From the NCBI GenBank assembly GCA_963700985.1, contig OY969554.1, forward strand, positions 640,001-704,000: a stretch of DNA of 64,000 bases, read 5' to 3'. Of the stretch, positions 20,280 through 29,269 are shown in pieces. Source of the DNA: an uncultured Chlamydiales bacterium. Lineage in GTDB: Bacteria > Chlamydiota > Chlamydiia > Chlamydiales > Rhabdochlamydiaceae. The notes below the pieces were generated by a model. It was not told the DNA's origin. It did not search any database and saw nothing but the letters and a program-made list of their open reading frames with translations. The first letter of the stretch is position 1. Each line of letters opens with the position of its first letter. The position numbers were made by a program, and so were the translations under genes.

Positions 20280-21158
20280 ATGGATGCTCCGTCAAAAGAG
20301 CTGATCACGGAACACATCCAGCTTATCCTGATGTTCGGACTTTTATCCTTTTTTACATATTGGATAGCAAAGTCGCGTGGTTTTTATACACTATCTTTAC
20401 CACAAGAGCGCGGCCCTTTTATAAAAGGCAGACATGTCGTAACGGCCTTTGCCATCTATCTCCTCACCGCTCTCTTTCTTGCGCCCCTGATTGGTAAAGC
20501 ATTCACACATGTCCAGGGAACTTCTTCGCTTACACTCCTTTCGGCTGGCCTACTGCAACTTTTGACACTGGGCTTAATTTTTCTTTTTCTTATCTTATAT
20601 TCACTAAAGCAAAACCCAAAAGCGATGCGAGAGCTTTGGCTTGGGTCAGGTCAAGCTTCTTCAAAAAAACTGTTTTATGACTTCTGTTTAGGCGTCGTGA
20701 CCTGGTTCATCGGCTTTCCTCTGGTCGTGGCTATTGGACAAATTTGCGATCTTTTAATTTTCCTCTTCGTCGGCGTAGAAAATTATGAACAGGTGGCTGT
20801 ACGCTTTCTTAAAATGGCACTCGCCTCTCCCTTTCTCTTATCTGTGGCGCTGCTGACCATTATTATCGTGGCGCCTATAATCGAAGAATGGTTGTTTAGA
20901 GGCTTCTTGCAGAGCTTTCTCCGCAGGCTTCTTGGAAGTAGAGCCGCCATCGTGCTTACGGCTCTCTGCTTTGCGCTTTTTCACCTTTCTGGATCACAAG
21001 GTTGGGGCAATCTCTCTTTGGCTGTCACTCTCTTTACTTTCTCGTGCTACCTCGGTTTTTTATATGAACGCCAGGGCTCTTTGCTTGCACCAATCGGTCT
21101 ACATATGGCATTTAATACCATAAGTAGTATTCGAATTTTGCTCATGCCTGTTACCTAG
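20280..21158 (+). CDS. CPBP (CAAX protease/Abi) intramembrane metalloprotease, CT254-like
   Basis: EEWLFRG, FALFH, HMAFN motifs; multi-TM. Confidence 0.92.
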   Translation: MDAPSKELITEHIQLILMFGLLSFFTYWIAKSRGFYTLSLPQERGPFIKGRHVVTAFAIYLLTALFLAPLIGKAFTHVQGTSSLTLLSAGLLQLLTLGLIFLFLILYSLKQNPKAMRELWLGSGQASSKKLFYDFCLGVVTWFIGFPLVVAIGQICDLLIFLFVGVENYEQVAVRFLKMALASPFLLSVALLTIIIVAPIIEEWLFRGFLQSFLRRLLGSRAAIVLTALCFALFHLSGSQGWGNLSLAVTLFTFSCYLGFLYERQGSLLAPIGLHMAFNTISSIRILLMPVT

Positions 21159-21166
21159 GAGGCTCT

Positions 21167-22399
21167 ATGCTCAAACGCTCTTGCACGCTCTTGCTCGGAC
21201 TTCTCACCCTCACTTCACCTCTTTTGGGAGCGCCAAAAAAAGAAGATCCAAAAACAAACAAGATGGCCAAAGATTGCACTGAGTTTGGCATCTCTCTCTA
21301 TTCCTCTTTAAAAAAGTCAGAAGCGCCTAACCTCGTCTTTTCACCTTATTCGATTTTTTCTTGCCTCTCTATGGTCTATGTTGGCGCGCGCGATGAAACT
21401 GCTCAAGAGATGCAACAAGTGCTCCATCTTTCACTCAAGCGTCCGGATCTTTCTAAAACAGCATATGCTCTAAGAAAATCGCTGGTAGCTCCTGGTGAAG
21501 GAACCTACACTTTAGAAATGGCCAACGGCATGTGGCTAGATCGCGATACATTTGTGTTATCTGATTTTCGTCATGCCATTGAAGATGGGTTTCAAGCCAA
21601 AGTCCAGAGCTTAGACTTTTCGCAAGCAGAAAAAGCCACCTCAATTATCAATGAGTGGACCTCGAATCAAACACATGGAAAAATTTCTAAACTCCTCGAA
21701 GCTGGCGATGTCGACACCACAACTAGACTTGTGCTCACCAACGCGCTCTATTTTAAAGGAAGCTGGCAAGTGCCTTTTGATGTTAAAAACACGGCTGATG
21801 GAAACTTTTTTACCGGCGATGGCACAAAGATCAAAACGAAGATGATGGAGCAGACGGGTTTCTTCTCCTATTTGGAAAATGATAATTTCCAATTGATCTC
21901 GATGCCCTTCTTGAAAAAAGATGAAGCGAGTAGACCTGCCTGCCTGATTCTTCTGCCTAAGAAAACGGTCGCTCTTTCCGATTGTGAAAATCTTTTAACT
22001 GCAGCATCTGTACAAAGCTGGATCGATCAATTGAACCAGGAAAAAGTAAATATCAAAATGCCCAAGTTCTCTCTTGATAAACGCTATGATTTAAATAGCG
22101 TATTAAAAACTCTTGGGATGGAGAATGCGTTCAATGATAAAGCAGATTTTTCAGGCATCGATGGCATGCACGATCTTTTCTTAAGTAAAGTGATACATGA
22201 ATCCTTTTTTGCATTAGACGAAGCCGGCGTCACCGCTGCGGCTGCAACGAGCGCATCGATTAATGTCACCGCCACACCAGCCAAGCCTCTTGCATTTACC
22301 GTTGACCGCCCTTTTCTCTTTTTACTTGTGGACTTGCAGACCAAGTTGCCGCTTTTTATAGGAAAAATCCAAGACCCTTCAATGGCACAAAGTGAGTAA
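21167..22399 (+). CDS. Serpin family serine protease inhibitor with signal peptide
   Basis: NLVFSPYSI, INEWTSNQTHGKI, NALYFKGSW, MPKF, hinge DEAGVTAAAAT, FTVDRPFLFL, LFIGKI.DP. Confidence 0.96.
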   Translation: MLKRSCTLLLGLLTLTSPLLGAPKKEDPKTNKMAKDCTEFGISLYSSLKKSEAPNLVFSPYSIFSCLSMVYVGARDETAQEMQQVLHLSLKRPDLSKTAYALRKSLVAPGEGTYTLEMANGMWLDRDTFVLSDFRHAIEDGFQAKVQSLDFSQAEKATSIINEWTSNQTHGKISKLLEAGDVDTTTRLVLTNALYFKGSWQVPFDVKNTADGNFFTGDGTKIKTKMMEQTGFFSYLENDNFQLISMPFLKKDEASRPACLILLPKKTVALSDCENLLTAASVQSWIDQLNQEKVNIKMPKFSLDKRYDLNSVLKTLGMENAFNDKADFSGIDGMHDLFLSKVIHESFFALDEAGVTAAAATSASINVTATPAKPLAFTVDRPFLFLLVDLQTKLPLFIGKIQDPSMAQSE

Positions 22400-23180
22400 T
22401 TTCCACGTGGAAAGTTACGGAATATCCGATATCGGCTACGTACGTAGCAACAATGAGGACTCATGGGCTGAGCTTCCTCACTGTAAATTTTTTGTTTTAG
22501 CCGATGGCATGGGCGGCCACCAAGCCGGTGAAGTCGCCTCAAAAGAAGCTGTAGAAAGACTTAGTCATCAAATTGAAGAGCTGCATAAAGGCGTTTCTCC
22601 AAAAGAGCTTTCCTCTCCCAAATTGGTTCAAGAGTGGGCCAAGCAACTCCAATCAGCCATTGAACGCGTGAATCGCGAGATTTATAATTTCTCTTTAAAA
22701 AATGCGCGCTATACCGGCATGGGCACCACTCTCGCCTGTCTGCTTGTGTGCGGAGAGAGCATGATCTATGCGCATGTGGGCGACAGCCGTATCTATCGCT
22801 TTAGAGATCAAAACCTTATCAAACTGACTCAAGATCACTCTTTACGCCAAGAGATGCTTTTCAAAGGCGAACTCAATGCGGAGACTGCGCCGCTCAATGC
22901 CTTTAAAAATATTATTACGCGCGCCATCGGTACGCATTCTCGCGTGCAGCCTGAAGTCGAGTGTAGCCAACTTGCTGAAGGTGATATTTATTTTTTATGT
23001 TCAGACGGCCTAACTGACGAACTCTCCTTAGAAGAAATGAGATCTATCCTTCTGAAGGCCAAGACAATAAAAGAAGCCTCTGATAGCCTTGTAGCTGCTG
23101 CTAAGGCCAAAGGGGGAAACGACAACATCACTGTTGTGATGGTGCAAATAAGAGCTCATGAAAAGGATCTACCTAGATAA
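22392..23180 (+). CDS. PP2C-family Ser/Thr protein phosphatase
   Basis: RSNNED, ADGMGGH, GMGTT, HVGDSR, CSDGL, GGNDNIT; GTG start overlapping serpin stop. Confidence 0.95.
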   Translation: MSNFHVESYGISDIGYVRSNNEDSWAELPHCKFFVLADGMGGHQAGEVASKEAVERLSHQIEELHKGVSPKELSSPKLVQEWAKQLQSAIERVNREIYNFSLKNARYTGMGTTLACLLVCGESMIYAHVGDSRIYRFRDQNLIKLTQDHSLRQEMLFKGELNAETAPLNAFKNIITRAIGTHSRVQPEVECSQLAEGDIYFLCSDGLTDELSLEEMRSILLKAKTIKEASDSLVAAAKAKGGNDNITVVMVQIRAHEKDLPR

Positions 23181-24285
23181 CAATGCGACGACTGCGCTTG
23201 ATTCGCGCGTCTTAGCAGTCATGCAAGAAGAGCTCGCCTCTCATCCCTCTAATCCCTCCTCAGTGCATCACTTTGGGCAAGAAGCACGTAAAAGACTTTC
23301 GAAGGCCCGTCAAACCATCGCAAGCTATCTACAAGTCAAACCCTCTCAGCTTATCTTTACCTCTGGTGGAACCGAAGCGCTAAATATGCTTCTGCGCGGA
23401 TTTTTTGCTGAAAACTGCAGTGGTCATCTCATCACCTCGAATATCGAACACTCAGCGATCTACAATACCGTTAAAACCTTAGAAAAACGCGGTGTGCAAG
23501 TTACCTTCCTATCACCAGGATTAAAAGGCTTTGTTGCGCCAGAGGAAGTAGAAGCAGCGCTGCGTCCAACAACACGTTTAATCGTGCTCGGGGCTGTAAA
23601 CAGTGAAACAGGCGTAAAAAATCCGATCGACGAAATAGCTCAGCTCGCTAAAAAAGCTGGAATCCCTTTGTTAATCGATGGCGTGGCTTTGCTTGGAAAA
23701 GAGCATTTTTCCATTCCAGAAGGCGTGAGCGCCATGGCTTTTTCTGGACACAAGCTGCATGGTCCAAAAGGCATCGGCTTCGCTTACGTGCATCATACAT
23801 TCAAATGGGAATCACAGTTCACTGGTGGCGATCAAGAATATGCCAGACGCGCCGGCACGGAAAATCTCCCAGGCATTGTGGGCCTTGCCAAAGCCATCGA
23901 GATTCTCTCAGATGAACTTTCAAATGCTAAAGAGGAAGTGGAAAAGCTGCGAAATCGATTAGAAGAAGCTTTGAAGAGATCGATAGGGGCACAGGTGAAT
24001 GGCGAAACCTCTCCACGCGTAGCAAATACGTCCAATATCGTTTTTCCAGGTCTTGATGGCGAAACACTTCTGCTTCAACTCGACCTAGCAGGCGTAGCGG
24101 TAAGTCACGGCTCGGCCTGCGCAGCGGGAGCACTTGAACCCTCACGCGTTTTGCTCAACATGGGCCTATCAAAAAAGCTCGCCAGTTCCTCAATCCGCTT
24201 CTCGCTTTCACGCTTCACCACCGAAGAAGAGATCGATCACACCCTAGAAATCCTTGAGAAGCTATCTCTGCAATCCATTTTATGA
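23158..24285 (+). CDS. Cysteine desulfurase, NifS/IscS type
   Basis: YLDNNATT, FTSGGTE, SGHKLHGPKG, SHGSACAAG. Confidence 0.95.
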   Translation: MKRIYLDNNATTALDSRVLAVMQEELASHPSNPSSVHHFGQEARKRLSKARQTIASYLQVKPSQLIFTSGGTEALNMLLRGFFAENCSGHLITSNIEHSAIYNTVKTLEKRGVQVTFLSPGLKGFVAPEEVEAALRPTTRLIVLGAVNSETGVKNPIDEIAQLAKKAGIPLLIDGVALLGKEHFSIPEGVSAMAFSGHKLHGPKGIGFAYVHHTFKWESQFTGGDQEYARRAGTENLPGIVGLAKAIEILSDELSNAKEEVEKLRNRLEEALKRSIGAQVNGETSPRVANTSNIVFPGLDGETLLLQLDLAGVAVSHGSACAAGALEPSRVLLNMGLSKKLASSSIRFSLSRFTTEEEIDHTLEILEKLSLQSIL

Positions 24286-24579
24286 TTGTGTCTTCTTAGG
24301 TCCGTATTTTAAAAATATCAAAGCTACGGACGCTGCACCGCTCAAAGCACCCGCAGCAAAACCTATTACTACATTTCTATTTGCTTTCTTTTTGGTTTCT
24401 TTAACTCTTTCAGTGAGCTCTCCGACTTCTTGGCTCAACCGATCCATTTTGTTTTCTAGATTTTGGACATAATTCCAATCGATCTCAATAGCATCGTAAT
24501 CTAATGCACGCGCCTCAGCATCCACTTCTGCAGGATGTTGAGCTTGCTGCTGTATGCCACGTCCTTGTACTGCTGCCAT
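24280..24579 (-). CDS. Hypothetical coiled-coil protein with C-terminal membrane anchor
   Basis: AGAGG RBS; heptad region followed by one hydrophobic segment and a short basic tail. Confidence 0.7.
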   Translation of the reverse strand: MAAVQGRGIQQQAQHPAEVDAEARALDYDAIEIDWNYVQNLENKMDRLSQEVGELTERVKETKKKANRNVVIGFAAGALSGAASVALIFLKYGPKKTQS

Positions 24580-24596
24580 AACTACCTCTGTAATTT

Positions 24597-25616
24597 TTAT
24601 CTTTTATAATCTCCATAATCCACACTTCGTGGTGGAGCATAAGTTTGATCACCATCAGCTCTTGGTACATTTTCTGAAAGAAGTGGCGCCGCATCAACAA
24701 GAGGTTCGGCATCCACTCCCAGACCATCATATTCTGCAGGAACTGTTGATCTAGGTTGAGGCAAATCCCATCTGGGGAAAGGAGCTTGAGGCGGCTCTGG
24801 AACTCTCCTAATCGACCGAAGCATGTCTGCATCACGTGAAGGTAACTGAAGAGCGGGCGGCTCTGGCACTAGGGAAACCGGCTCGTCCAATGCTGGAGGG
24901 GCACTATGATCAACCTCAACTTGGATAGTTGGAGTCGAGCGTGTTGTTCCCGCGATGGACTGCACCACAGTTCGAATAGATTGAGCGATTGAATTAGCTG
25001 TTTCTAATGCGTAACGAGATATTGAAAATCTAGAAGATTGCACTGAGCCATCGGGAAGCTGGGTTGTTCTTGAAAAAGAAATTTCCTCTTGCACACTCGG
25101 AGATTGTTGAACAGGAGCTTGAGGCGGAAGTTGTGCTGGGAGAGATACACTTCTGGGTTGAGTTTGTTCAGGAAGAGCGACTGGCGCAGGTGGATTATCC
25201 AAAACAGAATTGGTTAAAATCCCCGTGCGTCTCTGTCGCTCTTGTGGCAACTGAGAAGGTGCTGGCGGCGGACCACTCGAAGCTGAAGAGTCTCCCGTTT
25301 GAGATGGCCTCGACGAATGCGTTGAGGCTTTAAACAACACAGCTGCGCCTGCAAGCGCCACAGTTGTTAATAATACCCTATCTTTTTCTGTTTTTGCTTC
25401 TAAACCCGCTATTTGATCTCGAAGCCCAGTATTTTCTCGACGCACCAGTGCATTTGCTTGGTTATAGCGTTGGACAACCCCATTAATGCGAGCTCTTTCC
25501 TCACTGGAAAGAGGGATTCTAGAAGCACTACCACTAGATCGTTTACTCTCGCCAAGCTGCTCTTGAACTGGCGCAACCCTCGCACCTACTGCTCTACTCG
25601 ACGCTCCTGCAGCCAT
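24597..25616 (-). CDS. Hypothetical Pro/Ser-rich protein, candidate secreted effector
   Basis: GAGGTG RBS; Ser/Ala-rich N-terminus, coiled coil, one hydrophobic segment, long low-complexity tail. Confidence 0.75.
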   Translation of the reverse strand: MAAGASSRAVGARVAPVQEQLGESKRSSGSASRIPLSSEERARINGVVQRYNQANALVRRENTGLRDQIAGLEAKTEKDRVLLTTVALAGAAVLFKASTHSSRPSQTGDSSASSGPPPAPSQLPQERQRRTGILTNSVLDNPPAPVALPEQTQPRSVSLPAQLPPQAPVQQSPSVQEEISFSRTTQLPDGSVQSSRFSISRYALETANSIAQSIRTVVQSIAGTTRSTPTIQVEVDHSAPPALDEPVSLVPEPPALQLPSRDADMLRSIRRVPEPPQAPFPRWDLPQPRSTVPAEYDGLGVDAEPLVDAAPLLSENVPRADGDQTYAPPRSVDYGDYKR

Positions 25617-25722
25617 ACACCACCTCTTATCTTGATATTACGTATTGAAAATTCGCTCAAAAAACAAACGCTCTAAATTTAGAACTGCGCGCCCAAATTT
25701 TCAATAGAAATCAGACTTGCGA

Positions 25723-26973
25723 TTAGTAAACAGTTTGGACAGAGATCATCTTGGCTCCAAGTAGCGAAGCCTCTTCGACGGTGAGTTCGAATTGATCGAT
25801 GCGCACGCTCTCCCCTTTTGTAGGAGGGTGGCCGAGATGTTTGGTAACGAGCTCTTCTAAAGTTTCGACGCCATCGTCTGGAAGGTGTACATCGAATTGC
25901 GCGTTGAAATCCTTGATCAGCATATCTCCCGGGAAAGTACGATCGAGCACCACGTGGTGTGCACGAGGCGCAATCTCATCGATGGAACTCCAGTTATCTC
26001 TCTGACCGAAGATCTCATCGAGGATCTCGTCTAAGGTGAGAATACCCACGGCCAGACCCGCCTCATTAAGCACGACAGCCACACTCTTGTTATTTCTTCT
26101 AAATTGCTTGAGAATCTGCAAGATGGAGTTGTTCTCAGTAATGAACCAAGGCGGGCGCGCATGTTCACGCACACGTGTATTCTCCGCAAAACGTAAGAGA
26201 TCGCGCGGATAGGCAATGGCAACGATATTTTCAGGTGTTCGATGAAAGATTGGCAAGAAGGGATGATAGCGCGCGTTTAAAAGTGTGCGCATCTCGGCGA
26301 TTGTGCAAATCGAAGGGATCATCGTAACAGACTGCAGCGGCAGCATCATCTCTTTAGCAATTTTATTTTTTAAAGAGAAAATTCTCCCTGCAACCGAGCT
26401 AAGCTCGCTCTGTTCTGGCTTAAATGTTTCCGGAACGAAAGGACGATCTTCTTGCTCTTCAAGCATCTTCTGCAACTCTTCGCGTGTAAGATAAAGTCCG
26501 GTAGCTTTTGGACTTCTCACTAAACGGTTAACAAGTGTGCAAAGCAGATCGAATGCCCAGATGACAGGTCTTAATAAAATCGATGAGACGTAGATAAATG
26601 GAATGCCAAGCATCACCACATGCTCAGCGTAACGCCGGCCGGCAAAAAGAGGCGCGATTTCGGCAAAGATAAGCACAATTACCCACTGCGTAAATGGTGC
26701 AATATCTGGGCTTAAGCCGAGTGATTCATAAAAGCGACGTGCAGATTCTGAGCCGAGCTGTAGAGATAAATTTACCCCGATTAGCGTTGTGCCAAATAAA
26801 AGGGCCGGGCGTTTGAGCAGAAATGTCAACCACTTGGCGCGTAAATTCCCCTGACTGACGTAATATTGCAGACGCACTTTATTGAACGAAACGCAGGCCA
26901 TCTCCAGCATGGCATAAAAGCCCTGGACCACCAGGCAGATCACCATGAGAGTTAGATAAAATTTCCAGGTCAT
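25723..26973 (-). CDS. CNNM/DUF21-CBS-CorC domain protein (hemolysin family)
   Basis: N-terminal DUF21 TMs (IFAEIAP), CBS pair, GILTLDEILDEIFG. Confidence 0.9.
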   Translation of the reverse strand: MTWKFYLTLMVICLVVQGFYAMLEMACVSFNKVRLQYYVSQGNLRAKWLTFLLKRPALLFGTTLIGVNLSLQLGSESARRFYESLGLSPDIAPFTQWVIVLIFAEIAPLFAGRRYAEHVVMLGIPFIYVSSILLRPVIWAFDLLCTLVNRLVRSPKATGLYLTREELQKMLEEQEDRPFVPETFKPEQSELSSVAGRIFSLKNKIAKEMMLPLQSVTMIPSICTIAEMRTLLNARYHPFLPIFHRTPENIVAIAYPRDLLRFAENTRVREHARPPWFITENNSILQILKQFRRNNKSVAVVLNEAGLAVGILTLDEILDEIFGQRDNWSSIDEIAPRAHHVVLDRTFPGDMLIKDFNAQFDVHLPDDGVETLEELVTKHLGHPPTKGESVRIDQFELTVEEASLLGAKMISVQTVY

Positions 26974-28217
26974 TTCTTTTTAGTCAGTAAACGTCTTATA
27001 TAAACTCTTCTTACGCGCTGCGGATCTGCCGCCAGCACATGGAAAAGGAACTCTTTGGTCACATATTTTGTTCCAGCCTTTGGGATATCTCCCAACTGCT
27101 CAGTTAGCCAGCCACCGATTGTCACCATGTTGCTGTCACTTTTTAAACTGATGCCAAAGATCTGCTCGAATTCAATTAACTCCAATTTACCACTAGTGAT
27201 GATCACATTTTCACCAGCACTCGTATAGCGATTCTTCTCGTCGCGCAGATCTGAGATCTCACCCACTACTACTTCTACCAGATCTTCAAGAGCAATGATT
27301 CCAGAAACGGAGCCATATTCATCGACCACGATCGACAGAGATTCTTCTCTGTCGTACATCTGACGAAGAAGAGCATTTGCAGCCATCGTTTCGGGAACAA
27401 ATAAAGGTTTTTTTAGAATAGGCAGAAGATCTATCGTCTCACGCAGCTCGGTGCGATGGAGGAAGAAAAGGCGGCTGGTCACAACCCCGACGATCTGATC
27501 TAATCCTCCGCGACAAACGGGAATTCGTGAGCACTCTTGATCGACAAAAAGATGGATTAACCTAGAAAGCGGCTCTTCGACATCAAAAAAGAGCACCTCT
27601 TCACGAGGACGCATCAAAGCTTTAACTGTGGATTCTTGCAGATTGAGATAGCCGCAGACTAGCTCAGCTTCATCTTCCTGAAGTACGCCATACTGGCGCG
27701 AAGTCCTCAAGGCATGCTGCAATTCATCGATGGAAATTTCATTTTCTCGACGTAGAAAAAAGAACATGCAGCGTGAAATCACACTGGTCACTTTGATGAA
27801 CACGTTTACAAATGGTCTGAAGGTGCGTTGGGCATTACTCAAAACCGGAGCCACGCGGTAGGCAATTTTCTCATTATTGGCCAAGCCGATAGATTTAGGA
27901 ATCACCTCTCCAAAAATCAGCGTTAAGGCCAAGGGTACGCCGACATTCAATATCCAATTGGAAAAGGCGCCGAAAAGCGTCGCCACCACGTTTTGCACGA
28001 GGAGGTTCATTAAAATATTCAGCATCAAGATTGTGACAAGCAAGTTGCGTGGGCTTGAAAGCAGATTATATATAAGACGCTTGCGCGGATCTTTTTCCCG
28101 TTGATACCCCTTAACTGTCATAGAAGGCAGAGAGAAAAGTGCGGTTTCTGAAGCGGAAAAACAGCCTGAGAGAAAAAGAAAAAGGATAAGAAGAGCAACT
28201 AAACTAGTTGTGGTCAC
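26970..28217 (-). CDS. CNNM/DUF21-CBS-CorC domain protein (hemolysin family)
   Basis: FSASETALFSL, IFGEVIPK, VVDEYG..GIIALEDLVE, TIGGW. Confidence 0.93.
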   Translation of the reverse strand: MTTTSLVALLILFLFLSGCFSASETALFSLPSMTVKGYQREKDPRKRLIYNLLSSPRNLLVTILMLNILMNLLVQNVVATLFGAFSNWILNVGVPLALTLIFGEVIPKSIGLANNEKIAYRVAPVLSNAQRTFRPFVNVFIKVTSVISRCMFFFLRRENEISIDELQHALRTSRQYGVLQEDEAELVCGYLNLQESTVKALMRPREEVLFFDVEEPLSRLIHLFVDQECSRIPVCRGGLDQIVGVVTSRLFFLHRTELRETIDLLPILKKPLFVPETMAANALLRQMYDREESLSIVVDEYGSVSGIIALEDLVEVVVGEISDLRDEKNRYTSAGENVIITSGKLELIEFEQIFGISLKSDSNMVTIGGWLTEQLGDIPKAGTKYVTKEFLFHVLAADPQRVRRVYIRRLLTKKK

Positions 28218-28544
28218 TCAGTTCTCTTGGTTTTGGAAGTAGACCTTACGCTGGCCTTCAGGAACGAGTCCTAAACCTTTCATTAAGGTCATTTCGATCC
28301 AGGCGGGATCGCTTTGACTTTGTACCTGTAGCATCAGCTCATTCTGCTGCTCAACGACTACGCTTTTTTCTTGCTCGAGCGCCTGGAAACGGCTTTCAAG
28401 CTCGAATAACGCAGCCTTCTTCTTCTGGATGCTTTGAGAGTAGAGAAAACAAGATGCCGCTACGAAAACGACCACCCACCAATTGCGCGCAATTAGCGAT
28501 CGTTTAGGAACTTTATGCTCACGCAAAGATTCGCCTGTCGACAT
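28218..28544 (-). CDS. Bitopic coiled-coil protein, FtsB/DivIC-like septum formation initiator candidate
   Basis: One TM, coiled coil, C-terminal DPAWIE...LGLVPEGQ resembling FtsB/DivIC. Confidence 0.6.
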   Translation of the reverse strand: MSTGESLREHKVPKRSLIARNWWVVVFVAASCFLYSQSIQKKKAALFELESRFQALEQEKSVVVEQQNELMLQVQSQSDPAWIEMTLMKGLGLVPEGQRKVYFQNQEN

Positions 28545-28598
28545 ACCAAATATGGGTAATTAGCTCTTAGTATCCTGATTGTGTGTGATATAGCAATT

Positions 28599-29165
28599 CT
28601 ACGCAACAGGCAAGGTGATGTTTTTCTGTCCCATGTATTTACCCTTACGATCGGCATAAGAGACTTCACACACCTCTGCAGACTGATAGAAAAGCACTTG
28701 CGCTATCCCTTCATTTGCATAAATTTTCGCAGGCAGTGGAGTTGTATTGGAAATCTCAATGGTCACATATCCCTCCCATTCCGGTTCGAAAGGGGTAACG
28801 TTGACGATGATGCCACACCTAGCATAGGTCGATTTGCCCACACAAAGCGCTAAAACATTACGTGGAATGCGGAAATGCTCGACACTTCGCGCCAAGGCAA
28901 AGGAGTTTGGCGGCACAATGCACACATCCGTATCTTGACGCACTAAGGCATCTTCGTTGAAATTTTTTGGATCAATGATGGAGTTGTTTAAGTTGGTAAA
29001 GACCATGAACTCATTTGATACGCGCATATCATAGCCACAGCTCGAAAGGCCATAGCTAATAATCTTCTCGTCTTTGACGTAACGCACCTGATTTTCGACA
29101 AACGGCTCGATCATGCCGTGCGTCTTGGCCATTTGACGAATCCAACGATCTGACTGGAGACTCAT
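28599..29165 (-). CDS. dcd: dCTP deaminase
   Basis: [30 protein letters not shown]; start MSLQSDRW at 29165. Confidence 0.96.
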   Translation of the reverse strand: MSLQSDRWIRQMAKTHGMIEPFVENQVRYVKDEKIISYGLSSCGYDMRVSNEFMVFTNLNNSIIDPKNFNEDALVRQDTDVCIVPPNSFALARSVEHFRIPRNVLALCVGKSTYARCGIIVNVTPFEPEWEGYVTIEISNTTPLPAKIYANEGIAQVLFYQSAEVCEVSYADRKGKYMGQKNITLPVA

Positions 29166-29269
29166 TTTTCCCTCCGAATTAGCTTTAGTTTTTAAAATGA
29201 TACTAGATATAGCGCGCAAAGTCGTTTTCTTGCTAGAGTTTTATCAAGGCAGCCAAACAACACGATTAC

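Noticed and set aside
24515..24835. Alternative 106-aa minus-strand ORF and other short ORFs over the Pro-rich gene
   Set aside because: Overlap better-supported ORFs that have RBSs; no motifs
25723..28217. 'Hemolysin' pair as toxins
   Set aside because: CNNM/CBS/CorC proteins are linked to Mg2+/metal homeostasis, and a tandem pair is usual in chlamydiae
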